From Antedon mediterranea (taxonomy: Eukaryota > Animalia > Echinodermata): a DNA stretch of 64,000 nt. The stretch lies in contig NC_092671.1 in assembly GCF_964355755.1 (NCBI RefSeq), forward strand, positions 18,414,001 through 18,478,000, read 5' to 3'. Positions 38,200 through 51,041 of this stretch are shown here, piece after piece. The notes under the pieces were generated by a model, which searched no databases, was not told where the DNA came from, and saw nothing but the letters and a program-made list of their open reading frames with translations. Within the stretch, counting starts at the first letter, position 1. Each line of letters opens with the position of its first letter. The position numbers and the translations under genes were made by a program.

Positions 38200-38412
38200 A
38201 TAGATTTAGATAAACTATTTGGATCTGCAATTTAGTAAGAATTTTTTTCCTATGTCTACAAGTAGAGACTAACTCGTTCTTACGGTTCAGTGAGCATAGC
38301 TTTGGTTGAGATATAATAATATACTTTTCATATATACATAAATTACATCTTTTGTTAATATTTGAGTAAGGTTTGCATTTCTTTATAATTTTCCATTTAA
38401 TTGAGTATATTT
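38200..38412 (-). pseudogene. Penelope-like element GIY-YIG C-terminal fragment (CxxC...CRH type, Naiad-like)
   Basis: YSIKWKIIKKCKPYSNINKRCNLCIYEKYIII..LNRKNELVSTCRHRKK. Confidence 0.65.
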
Positions 38413-38504
38413 CAGACAACCATCCATATAATACATATATTACACACAAAGAAATGAAATGGATACTGCAAAAACCATCAACAAGTAACCTATTTATTTT
38501 GTAG

Positions 38505-38683
38505 ATCTTGTTTGGAATAGCAACTTTATTCTACTAACGATAACAACTTCGATTGCAGTTATTACTCTTTTAATTGGCTGTATTTGCGTCGTTGAAAGTA
38601 TGATAGAAATGCCTAGAAAATTTCGTCGAGTTTGGCCTGCACCAGAAATTGAGGCACAAACGAAATGCGAAACAACAATGTGA
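38505..38683 (+). CDS. Gene B terminal coding exon: TM helix + short cytoplasmic tail
   Basis: tattttgtag|AT acceptor, with upstream acaagtaa shared with gene A; DLVWNSNFILLTITTSIAVITLLIGCICVVESMIEMPRKFRRVWPAPEIEAQTKCETTM*; 34/59 aa identical to gene A exon 4 by hand count. Confidence 0.86.
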
Positions 38684-38819
38684 TCCGAGTGTAATATACT
38701 CCAACAGAGCACATGAATTATTTTGAAACGATTAAGGTGAGGAAATATGTTAGAATGAACAGAGATTAGAACCCGCAACCTTCTGCTTGATTTGCAAATG
38801 TCTGGATTACATTTTTTTT

Positions 38820-39310
38820 TTACATTTCTATGCCTATTGTGTTTATATATATCTGCGTACATTTGAGGGACTAGTGCTGTTCCACCGTACCACGCAGAGA
38901 ATGTTAAAGAGTCGCTTTCCAATCGGGTTTGACTTATACCATAAAAACCAGATGTTAGGACATCTGCATACCAAGCAGAAGGCCCGTGTTCGAATCTCAC
39001 AGATTTCCTCTTCTTATTGTTTCAAATTAATTAATTACATTTCAGTATATCACTGGGCGGTTTAGAATTAATTTCTATGCCTATTGTGTTTATATATAAT
39101 ATAAAAGTATCTCTTCGGAGATCCCGCTTCGTGAATAAAAATACTGATAGATTAAGGCGTATCAATGTGATCTCTGGTGTGCGTGCGTACAATAAGGGGC
39201 TATTGAAGAATGTTAAAGAGTCGCTATCCAATCGGGTTTGAACTATACCATGAAAGCCTAAGTGGTTTAATGATTAGGACAATTTCCGGGTTCGAATCTC
39301 CGTCGGGGCG
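38820..39310 (+). mobile_element. Head-to-tail degenerate copies of the tRNA-containing repeat
   Basis: aatgttaaagagtcgct.tccaatcgggtttga.ctatacca twice, each followed by a deleted tRNA-like segment; tttctatgcctattgtgtttatatata twice. Confidence 0.65.
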
Positions 39311-40110
39311 GCTAGTGTTGCCCGAAAGGTCTGCTACCTTTTCTGGCTGTTTTACTTTATCGTTATGATTTAGCTTTTTTTTTTGTGTATCTCCATATGA
39401 GAGCGAGCCACAGCATTGTCATTTTTTCAGTAATTTGCCTACACAAAACGTCTCAGGACTGTTTTTTTGGAACTACCCATTATTGCATTGTGTAGACCTC
39501 CCACCTTCGTGACACCTTTGCGGTAAATCTTGCAAAACTTGTTCATTGGTTGACTGTACTGAAAAATGTAATAGTAACCAAACTGGCCGCATTTTTAGAT
39601 CTACGGGGCGGTTTGTCGGTAAAAACTAACTTGATGTATGTATATGGGCATTGTTCGGATCAGACAATTAATTAATTGTCTAATTTATTTATCTCATATA
39701 CTGTAATATTTGTGATAAACAGTATATCGGGGAAACAAAAAACACTCTCTGTATAAGAATGACACAACACAGATCAGCAATCAAAACATTAGAGCTTGAT
39801 TAACCTGTAGCCGAACAGCTGGTCACTCAATTGCAAATTTAAAATGATTGCAATAGACCACGATGTCAAATGGAGGAAAAAAAAGTCGCAAAGAAAACCA
39901 CAGGGAATTACTACTTAAAACCACAACAACTTTTGGAATTAACATTAAGAACATACTCCCAGATCAGTAAAATTACTCCCTTGACTACCTAAAATTAAGT
40001 TTCAATATTAACCTCCATGTAAGCTGTTTTTTTAATTTTATTCCAAAAATTGTTTATATCTACCAAGCTTCATTGTTTTCTACCCAATATTATCTCCACC
40101 CTCTATTCAC
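39311..40110 (+). mobile_element. Penelope-like (Neptune-type) fragment: partial pLTR + Zn-finger/GIY-YIG 3' end
   Basis: KRLRTVFLELPIIALCRPP..CGKSCKTC..SNLFYLIYCNICDKQYIGETKNTL.IRMTQHRSAIK..FGINIKN with stops and frameshifts; 39311-39440 is the 3' half of the hammerhead pLTR. Confidence 0.8.
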
Positions 40111-41426
40111 CAGCCAGTGCCTCTTTTGTTTTATTAGGTATATGCATGGATAATGCATATAACCTACTGATTCTGTCAAGATCTTTATTTATTCTTTCCT
40201 TAGCACTATTTTGTCCGTCAATTATCTTGATATCAGTTTCATCTAGTTATGTCAATCTTATGGCCAGGAATCGATGTGGTTATGTTTTCACGGTGCGCAA
40301 TCAAACATTACGCGGTTAACGAAATCACGTTTGTAATCATATCTTCACAAGCATAAATCACAATTAAAACAAAATTTGGTACTCATAATTTCCAGGTCAT
40401 ATTACAGCATATGGCAATTACGTGCGTAGCGCATATAACACATGCGTACGCGCGCTTAAAATTTCAAAATTTATTTAGATGAAATTAGAGTACGTTTCAG
40501 AAAATGTTAAGCGTTTTAAAAATTGCCATGAGTGCGCAGCTTTTTGCACGCGCGTTAAACGTTAGTATGCATTCTTTTTGCCTGATTTCTGTTTTACAAC
40601 CTTTCTTTATATTAATAATATCATCATATTTTATTCACGTGTATGTATCATATGTATAATTTATTATGAAATTAAGATAACAAAAGTTGATTAAGTCATC
40701 ATTAATTGCATATTAAATTTAAAAAAAAACAATTTCGACAATCAAACAAATTATGACATTTTCTTAGGAAAAAATAACAAACTTAACATTAACTTTCTTC
40801 CTTCAAAAGTTCATATATTAAAGTTTAAAGTTTATAGTTTCATCATTTTTTTTTTTTAAAGATGTCATCATAGTAAAAAATTTAAATTCATTGCGGTATG
40901 TAATAATCTATCTGCACCAAAGTGGTTACTGCTTAGTAAATACACGGAGGAATCTTTCTACAACTTTTAGTCAGTTGTGTATGACTCGGTGGTCTGTGCT
41001 CGTGTCTATGGCATTAAAGGTACCGAGATTGAGTGTCACCTTGGGAAACGAAATAAGATTATCCGTATTGTTTGTTCAATTTTATTTGTTAGTGTATAGA
41101 ATATACACATAATTTATAATGAAATCTAGATAAAAATTAATTGATGCCTATTACTATGTAACAATGTGGTTTATGAGGGATCTTTGATCGGATTGTGATA
41201 CCGGCTATTGTATTCGCGTTAGCAAGATCCTATCATTATAAATAATTAAAGATTCTGAGAAAATCAATCAATCAATATATCTTTTAAAAATCAATTCTCT
41301 TTAAATCAATGCAAATAACCTATAATTCGTCATAGTGACGAATTAAATCTAGTTTATTTTATTCCTGTCCACTCGGGAAACGCTTGCCTGATATATCTAT
41401 CTATCTTTGTCCAAGTACCTAAACAT

Positions 41427-41463
41427 GCACTGATTAAGGGCTAGTGTTGCCCGAAAGCTCTGC
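41427..41463 (+). ncRNA. Minimal hammerhead ribozyme copy with a core mutation (CUGAUUA), within pLTR 41390..41580
   Basis: GCA-CTGATTA-A-GGGC-TAGTGTT-GCCC-GAAA-GCTC-TGC; perfect stem II; G8 replaced by U. Confidence 0.7.
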
Positions 41464-41589
41464 TAACTTTTCTGGCTGTTTTACTTTATCGTTTTGATTT
41501 AGCTTTTCTCTTTTTTTTTGTATATCCACTGATACCCACAGCATTGTCCTTTTTCAGTAATTTGCCTTTGGATTTATATATATATAAGA

Positions 41590-42050
41590 AATAAAATATA
41601 ACAAAAGGAGAAAAGGTGGTGAATGGTGGTTGGAAACTGAATAAGATTAGAAAACAAAGAAGGTAGCTTGGTAGAGATATAAACAATTTTAGAATGGAAC
41701 TAAAAAACAGCCAAAATGGTGGTTAATATTGAAACTTAAATTTTGGTAGTCAATGGAATAATTTTACCGATCTGGGAGTATGTTCCTAATGTTAAGTCCA
41801 AAAGGTTTTGTGGTTATAAGTTTTAATTCCCAGTGGGTTTCTTTGTCTTTGCGAGTTTTGTCGCTCCATTTGACATCGTGGTCTATTGTAATAACTCTTA
41901 AATTTGCAATCGAGTGACCAGCTGAATTAAAATGTTCGGCTACAGGTTGATCAAGCTTTAATGTTTTGATAGCTGATCTGTGTTGTGTCATTCTCATACG
42001 GAGAGTGTTTTTTTGTTTCCCCGACGTACTGTTTGCCACAAATATATATA
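41590..42050 (-). mobile_element. Penelope-like (Neptune-type) GIY-YIG 3' fragment, tail-to-tail with the pLTR across (TA)n
   Basis: ORF 41764..42057 NTLRMRMTQHRSAIK..QPVAEHFNSAGHS..ETHWELKLITTKPFGLN; inverted homolog of 39700-40110. Confidence 0.85.
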
Positions 42051-42123
42051 AACACATTAGGCATAGAAAGTAATTTTAAACTGAAAGTGTTATACTGAAA
42101 TTGAATTAATTAATTTGAAACGA

Positions 42124-44646
42124 CTAGATGGCACGCTCGCTTCGCTCGCGTACCATCTAGGGGTGCTCACAGATGGTTCTCGAATACAGTAGAATCCACG
42201 GACGGGGACTTTTTTGGGACACTAAACAAAAACGGAAGTGTCCCCCTAATTGGGGTATTCAGAAATAGAGACAACAAAACCAATACTGGATTCCATAAAG
42301 GACAATTAATTTATGTGGATTAAAGAAATTAGGGAGAAATGGAAATGTATGTACGGGAATTGGGCGGCAGCACGTGGTGGTGGTGATGGAACCGCAGTAA
42401 TAAAGTTGATTGTATTTATATATTATAAGAACCAAACTAAATAAATAGACCTAGACATTCTGTGAAATGGAAATCGGAAATTCAAGCTCCTATTCAGTGA
42501 AAAATTAAACTGTAGTCTACCTAAATATTTAGGGCAAATCATCGGTTGTGGTGTTGAACTTCCTGTAAACATTTGTGTGAACCAAACTGGGTCGAATTTC
42601 TGTCATGAGTACTGATTTGTTGGCCTGTGATTTATGACGCCTAAGGGATCTATCTAGACTTATTTTTTAGAATAATGTACGTACCTGTCAGATACAATTG
42701 TCTTGTGTCGTATAATAAATAAGTACTGTAATAGTTACTGAAGTTACTATTACAATCTCGTCAATGAAAACACGAAAATGTATATGCACTTACTTATGAA
42801 AACGTATACAGTATTATACTCAGTTTTTGAAACAGTAGGTTTAAAAAAGTTTCGTTTGTCTGTAAAATGATGTAATCAAGCTGTTTACATGAGTCTTAAT
42901 TTATAAGCACATCAATAATAAAATAGTTTATCTATCCTGTAATTGCCGAGATTATGGTCGCTGTTGAATGAAATAAAGCCAATCGGTATCATATTTGTAC
43001 AGAAACGTTTTCGCGGCCGAAGGGTGTAACCTAAATTCGTGGTATTATTATTATCGTCAAGAACTAACTGTAACTACATAGAAAGTAGGGTATCATAAAT
43101 TTGGCCTTAGCACTCGGGGGAGTGGCTAAGATGAAGTCCGTGGGACTACTAAATATAAATTGTAATGAACCTCGAGGGACATAAATAGGAATATTTCATG
43201 TTTCATTATCAATGTATAATAAATGGAAACTGTTTACCGATTCAAATAATAGAAATTGGTTTTTAACATTTTCCGAACCTATTGCAAGTTCATTCTCAAA
43301 GGGCCCATATATTTACCTACCGTATGTGTTAAACCAAGGGCTCATAAATTTACCTACAGTACTTGTGTTAAACCAAACTACTGGATGTTCCATTCATCGC
43401 AAATCAATACATTTGTATAATCGTATATTAAATCTATCAAAATAGTATTTTTTAAAGAAAATCGGCCTGTCTTCAACATTATGATGGTGTACTCTAGCAA
43501 TCTATCAAAATAGTATTTTTTTAAAGAAAATCGGCCTGTCTTCAACATTATGATGGTGTACTCTAGCTGTTCAACCGGTTTTCAGCTATTAAAAACAATT
43601 ATCGTAGGAGGAGATAGGAAAATGCGAAGCCTCCTCGCTATGTAACATTAGGGTTGAGGGATGGGAAAGCGGATAGGTACAAAGAGGAACAATTTTTAAA
43701 TATATTCTTTATCCACTGAGTAACGAAATATTTTGTTCATGTTTTATAGGCCTATAAATAATATACCTCTAAATACAGTAGGCCTAAAACATTTGCGATT
43801 TAATACTTTGTTAAAATTGTCACTGTCATAATCGATTGAAATATTAAAGTACATGTCACGATACACCACTACGACGTTTATATTTTTGGTAATTATTAAT
43901 TAATACAAACGTTGAGAAGGAACTGTCAGTATAAAGTTTATTTGTATATCTAACAGTAGAGCCTATCCACAGTCTCAGTAATAAAGTTTATTTGTATATA
44001 TTTTTATATTACATCTAACAGTACGAACATTCACAGTAAGAAATGTTCGATTCAAATGAAAAATAGTTAATAGGTATTTACAGTATTGTCAAAGTATTGC
44101 AAGTTTATTCTCAAAGGGCCCATATATTTACCTACCGTATGTGTTAAACCAAGGGCTCATAAATTTACCTACAGTACTTGTGTTAAACCAACTCTGGCAG
44201 ACTGAGAGATTGGGATGTTCCATTCATCGCAAATCAATACATTTTTATAATCGTATATTAAATCTATCAAAATAGTATTTTTTAAAGAAAATCGGCCTGT
44301 CTTCAACATTATGATGGTGTACTCTAGCTGTTCAACCGGTTTTCAGCTATTAAAAACAATTATCGTAGGAGGAGATAGAAAAATGCGAAGCCTCCTCGCA
44401 TTTTTTTGGCGGGTATTTTTCAAGATGGACATCCATTAGACAGTGTATACCACGATCGGAAAACACCCCTATTTGGGGCAAATCTTTGAACCTAAATTCG
44501 TTTTAATCGTCAATAACTAATTATCTAACTCAATTTAATTAGTAAACAGGGTTACATCAGGCGGTTAAAATAAGTACCGAAAGTACGAACCAACTTTACA
44601 TACCATCGAGTGAAAATTCTAGAAGTAAGGCGCGATTTACCGAATT
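42124..44646 (-). mobile_element. Non-autonomous Helitron H2 (5' end damaged, internal duplications)
   Basis: Same 3' hairpin + CTAG|T at 42124; 5' block shared with H1 up to ccgaatt at 44646; ~43285-43638 repeated at ~44098-44400; local tandem duplication at 43432-43567. Confidence 0.8.
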
Positions 44647-44773
44647 AAACGATAAGATGAAGAAATCTGTGTGAATGAGAAAATATATTCTTCAGACTTC
44701 AGCTGAATAAAGAATGACTAAACAAACTTCGTCAATAATATTGTTAAATAAGTTCATTTGGATCTGATAATAT

Positions 44774-45021
44774 AATGTGATAAAAAGTTACTTCTATTTG
44801 ATCCAATATAATGTCAAGTTTGTAAGATGATATCGGTACTTACATTTCCAGAGAACTTGACGTTTCGCCTACTAACAGCAAGTCACCAGAACGTATTCAC
44901 TTATGATTATGCCTTGCTGTTAGTAGGCGAAACGTCAAGTTTTCTGGAAATGTAAGTACCGATATCATCTTACAAACTTGACATTATATTTGATCATATA
45001 GAAGTAACTTTGTATCACATT
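44774..45021. repeat. Near-perfect inverted repeat (109-bp arms, 30-bp spacer) from a second PLE-type pLTR with a degenerate hammerhead
   Basis: 44774..44882 is the reverse complement of 44913..45021; 44900..44939 reads CTT-ATGATTA-T-GCCT-N10-AGGC-GAAA-CGTC-AAG. Confidence 0.8.
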
Positions 45022-45746
45022 GGTCAATAATTACATTAATGGAGTGGTTATAGTTTAGGGTTCATGTTCTATTGAATATAGTGTATCTAGTTGTGATTTG
45101 ATCTGATGATTTGATTATGTTTGAAAAAGGAAATTATATATATTATATATTGTTGTATTTTGTATATGTATGAAAACAATTACTAAAATGTGTTTAATAT
45201 TATAAAAATCATAGTTTGTAATGTTTGAACCAAAAAGGTTAAAGATAGATTTCAAATATATGCGTTACAGACAATTATTTATTAAGCCCTTTCCTTACCC
45301 AGTTGTGATCCATCATAGAATATATTTGGTACGTAAAATTAATTAATTTAAAATGTTTAATAAATTGTGATGTGGAAGGATTTGTTTTAGTCTTTAGGGA
45401 TGATCCCATCATGTTGTTGCCATAGATGTAATTCACATGACACCATAAAATGATTAAAAAAGTGTTTTACATCTACGTTTTAATTTCATTATTATTTATG
45501 TTTTTTAAGTTAATTATTATCTTAACTAGAATTTGATTCGTCACTTATATAATTTATTTCACCGTGGTAGATTAGTGTAACTTGCAAACATAATAATTCT
45601 TATAAATAGAATAACATTAACATAAATACGGTAATATATGGTCCTATTATCGTGCATAGTCACATTAACGTGTATAGATTACTATACAAGTTTAACATAA
45701 ATAAGCAATAACCACGTGCTTATCAAGGAGGGGAAAGTAATATCTA

Positions 45747-47038
45747 TCTATATATAAATTTACGTAAGGGCAAAATTCGGTAAATCGCGCGTTATTTCTA
45801 GAATGTTTACTCGATGGTATGTAAAGTTGGTTCGTACTTTCGGTACTGATTTTAACCACCTGATGTAACCATGTTTACTAATTAAATTGAATTCGATAAT
45901 TAGTTATTGACGAATAAAACGAGTTTAGGTTCAACGATTTGCTCCAAATAGGGGTGTTTTCCGATCGTGGTATACACTGTCTAATGGATGTCCAATTTGA
46001 AAAATACACGCACACAATAATACGAGGACACTTCGCATTTTCCTATCTCCTCCTACGATAATTGTTTTTAATAGCTGAAAACCGGTTGAACAGTTCGAGT
46101 ACAGCATCATAATCTTGAAGACAGGCCGATTTTCTTTAAAAAATGCTATTTTGATAGATTTAATATACGTTTTTACAAATGTATTGATTTGTGATGAATG
46201 GAACATTCCAAATTATTTGGTTTAACCATAGAGGCATAGATTTAGATTTATGGGCTCCCTTGGAGAATAAACATAAATAGTATTGCAATGATGTACAATA
46301 CTGTTAAGGTATTAACCACTTTTGATCGCAATTTGAATCGCAAATTTCTTACTGTGAGTGTTGGTACTGTTAGATATATATAAACAAATATACAAATAAA
46401 CTTTATTACTGTGAGTGTGGGTAGGCCCTACTGTTAGATTATAAACATATAATATACAAATAAATAAACGTTATTACTGACAGTTGCTTCTCAACATTTG
46501 TATTAATTAATAATTTAAAAATATATAAACGTCGTAGTGGTGTATCGTTACATGTACTTTACTATTTCAATCGACTATGACAGTGAGAGTTTTAACAAAG
46601 TACTAAATCGTAAATGTTTTACTGTCTTTAGTGGTATATTATTTATAGGCCTATAAAACATTAAAAACAATATTTCGTTACTAAGTAGATAAGAATATAT
46701 TTTAAAATGTTTCCTCTTTGTACCTATCTTCTTCCCCCATCCCTCAACCCTTAATGTTACATACAAAACACAAATTGGGTTTGTTTAAATGAGTCCAAAT
46801 AAAAAAATTTGACTCATTTTGTTTCTCTCTCGGAAGTAATTCCCAGGGTGCTAATTTTGGTTGACTACATAAATCATCGTGTATATTTATTCGTTTCTGT
46901 AAACGACAATGTATTATAGTCCTGCAGTACGTACATTTGAAATCTCCATTTTTTTCTCGCTGGAAAATACTGTGTATTCGAGAACCATCTGTGGGCACGA
47001 CCTAGATGGTACGCGAGCGAAGCGAGCGTGCCATCTAG
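45747..47038 (+). mobile_element. Non-autonomous Helitron H3
   Basis: A|TCTATATATAAATTTACG ... GCGAGCGAAGCGAGCGTGCCATCTAG|T. Confidence 0.88.
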
Positions 47039-48253
47039 TATATATAAATTTACGTAAGGGCAAAATTCGGTAAATCGCGCCTTACTTTTAAAATTTTTAC
47101 TCGATGGTATGTAAAGTTGGTTCGTACTTTCGGTACTGATTTCAACCACCTGATGTAACCCTGTTTTCTAATTAAATTAAGTTAGATAATTAGTTATTGA
47201 CGATTAAAACGAATTTAGGTTCAACGATTTGCCCCAGATAGGGATGTTTTCCGATCGTGGTATACACTGTCTAATGGATGTCCATCTTGAAAAATACCCG
47301 CCACAAAAATGCGAGGGGGCTTCGCATTTTCCTATCTCCTCCTACGATAATTGTTTTTAATAGCTGAAAACCGGTTGAACAGCTCGAGTACAGTATCATA
47401 ATGTTGAAGACAGGCCGATTTTCTTAAAAAAAATACTATTTTGATAGATTTAATATACGTTTATACAAATGTATTGATTTGCGATGAATGGAACATTCCA
47501 ATCTCTGTGTCGTTCCACAAGCGCCTATTCCCTCAGGCGTCGTAAAGGAAAGTACTGTATACTCATAACAGAAATTCGATCCATTTTTTTTTTCACTCTG
47601 TGCTGCAGAGGTTGGATATAATTTTTTTTAAACGGATAATGAGCTAGCGTTTTCAGTCGCCGTAATTTAATATCTATTACCGATTAAATCGAATTTATGA
47701 TTTGCCCCGAATAGAGGTGGTTTTCACAAATTGTTTAACATTATATATAAACATACGTCGTAGTGTATGTACATGTACATGTACTGTACTATTTCAATCG
47801 ACTACGACGGTGATAGTTTCAACAAAGTATTACATCGCAATGTTTTACTGTGTTTAGTGGTATATTATTTGTAAAACATGTTAATTAATATTTCGTTACA
47901 AAATAAGGAATATATTTAAAAATTGTTCCTCTTTGCACCCATCCTCTTCCCCATCTCTCAACCATAATGTTACATACAAAACACAAATTAAGTTTGTTTA
48001 AATTTGACTTAAACAATTGGTCTCATTTTGTGACAACTTTCTCTTTCGGAAGTAATTCCCAGTGTGCTAATTTTAGTTGAGTACATAAATCACAGTGTCT
48101 ATTTAATCGTTCCTGTAAACGACATATATTATTGTCCTGCATTATTGTACATTAGAAATCGCCAGTTTTTTAACGCTGAAATTACTGTGTATTCGAGAAC
48201 CATCTGTGGGCACGACCTAGATGGTACGCGAGCGAAGCGAGCGTACCATCTAG
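47039..48253 (+). mobile_element. Non-autonomous Helitron H4 (first bases probably at 45743..45746, split off by H3)
   Basis: Starts TATATATAAATTTACG directly after the H3 CTAG; ends hairpin + CTAG|T at 48253; interior closely matches H1. Confidence 0.88.
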
Positions 48254-51041
48254 TTATTATCAATTAAAAGTGTATGGTTTATAGAGTCAAATGCGTGGTC
48301 TAAATAATATGCGAGCAGTGTGGGAGTAGATCACTGCGTGGTGTTTGCGAATACACCTTATGTTATAACAGACTCACTCCACATGTTCAGACAATCTTAA
48401 ATCCCAGATTTTAAGCACTTAATTTTGCTTTTTGTTTATTTTAATTTGTTTGAAACTGTAAATAGTTTTAATTATTTGGAAATTACAGGTCATTGATCAG
48501 ACCTATTATGTAAAGTTAAAAAATATCGCGCACAATCATCATAAATCGTCAGAAATGACAGTATATAGTGTGTATATATCGGTGTGTAATTTCAAACATT
48601 ATTAATCATATACAATATTTTTTTTAAAAATCAAATTGTATTTATTTCGTTGCTATAAAAACAAACACACAACTTGTATATATGCTTGTATTATAAATAA
48701 GGCTAAACAGTGCAGTTGTAGCTTTTGGTGGTTAAGGTGTAAATAATGCTAAAATATAACCGAATGTGTAGAAAATTATTATTATAACTGTAAATGCAAA
48801 TTGTTATCATTTTTAGTATTGTTGATGTAATACTTTATACAAGGCACAATCACAATCGATTTACTCTTATTAATTAAGTGTACCGGTAATAGATAATAGT
48901 TTGGAATGTAATTTTTTTATCTATTTCAACCAAATATTGAATTCAAGCAACTACCTTGTCATAAGTTTTTTGCAAAATTCACTAAGATTGGACTTACAAT
49001 GGTAAACGTTGTTTTTTTTAAATAAATGTTGTTTATACATATTACATATTTGTATTGTAAATTATTCTCGATCATTTTCTCTACCTCGGAATCCGGTCAC
49101 AGAAAGAATGGTCTTACATCCATTATCGCACACCATAAGTGTATTTCCTAATTTAGTTTCATTTATGTGGTTTTTAATATGTCGAAACCTGAGCTGTATT
49201 GTCGAAAAATAATTTATGATCAAAATAGATTAGATATTATAGTGGACGAATTAAACTTATACCCTAACCTAATACATACTTAGTTCATGGAGGAAATATA
49301 TAATATATATTTCCTCCGTGCTTGGATTGTATATTGTACTGCACTCAACTCTCATCTTTAGGACGTAGCTGTTGGTCCTATGTGTACATACATTGCACAT
49401 GTAAACGATAAAAACCGGTACATTATTTACCATGTGCCATTAGTCTCAATACCGGACTATCTGAAACTATCTCACAAAACCAGATTTTATTGACGTTCTA
49501 AAGGTCCCAAATTTATTTGTACCATTAAAAACACATTCTGAATATGTACCAGTCTTTCCGGAAAACCAGACATAGGCCTATCAGGCAAGCCCAAATGTGT
49601 CGGTTATTGGGAGAGTTGACTGTACTTTGTTTTGCTGATACTAAGAATTCAGTAATTAGACAGGTAACGGCTAGTTATTTTTTATAACGTGCACTAATCC
49701 AGACAACGGATCTCAACAAATAAAGTAATAATCGCTATCGAAAATGATCCAAGAAAGCCTACAAATAAATAACAATATATAATATAACAAAATAACAATA
49801 TAAAGGAATAAAGGCATTACACTTAAATATCGATCATACTTTCATTGGGAGTAGGTCTATTGTTTCGTTTTTAATAGATACAGTTTGCTATTGCAGGACA
49901 GTACTAATACAATATTACACGGTAACATGTATACAATTCAAATTTATTATAAAATTCATTAACAAAAATTATAGCTTTTGTAAACTGCACGTTCGTGAGC
50001 GTTTTTTAATTAGCAGGTAACAGTTAAAAAGTAATGCATCAATAATTAATTCGAAACAAGATCGTAAAGCACCTATCTTTATACAATGACGATAATAATT
50101 TAATGTTCCCGGATATCGCTTCAGGCGACGCATGCGCAACAATTATTAGCAAATTACGGAACACTAAGTTATTTTTACAGCACCCTCTCCAAACTGGAAA
50201 GGTAAAACTATTAATTACTTTTAAAGGGCTCAGGTCTATATACATGAACATACATTTATATGATGCAAAATATATTGAAATTCTACACCACACCGTTATA
50301 TCTCAACTATTCCTTTTCTGTCACACTCACAACATAACATCTGAATAATTTAGGGGATTCTCCGATAAAAACCAAAACATTAATTTTAGTAGTAGCCAAC
50401 TCCATACTGTTATAGATTAGTCAAACACCTCCCTCTCACGCACAAAGAAATACTTTAGTAATAGTCTGAATTATAGGTCTACCTTAATACTACTACAACC
50501 TAGTTAGTTGTCGCTTGTCTAAATTTTCATTCAGAGGTGATGAACCTACATATGGTCGTACTAACATCAAGCGATACCAAATGAAAACAAACGAGACCAA
50601 ACAAACGAGACTCAGAATGGTGCAATACCTACCAAACGAGAGTAGATAATCGTTTATTAATAATCAAAAAACCCATCTTTTATAGCAACAATCGTCCGAT
50701 TTTATGTTAAAAACGATAAATTTAGCAACCAACGTGTTTGGTTCACTGAAACCAAACGAGAATATCTATGGCATGGCCTTTAAGAAGAGAACAATGAGTA
50801 TTTAACAACAGCAGATCGTTATCGTTTGTGTTCTTCTTACTTATAATCTTATTAACATAAACTTGTTGACCGAAAACAAAGGGTATCATATAGCCTTTGA
50901 TATATTAAATAATTATTTTTAAACGAATACACATATCCAACACATACCTCCAAATTGCGTTGGTGTACATGGTCCTAGCAAATTTAGTGGGAAATATTTA
51001 TAATAAAGCTAATATAATATTTTTAAAACAAATGGTACATG

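Noticed and set aside
38494-39000. 168-aa minus-strand ORF
   Set aside because: Antisense shadow of gene B exon 4 plus repeat sequence; no recognisable motifs.
45931-48267. Short ORFs inside the Helitrons
   Set aside because: Not preserved between copies and no Rep/helicase motifs.
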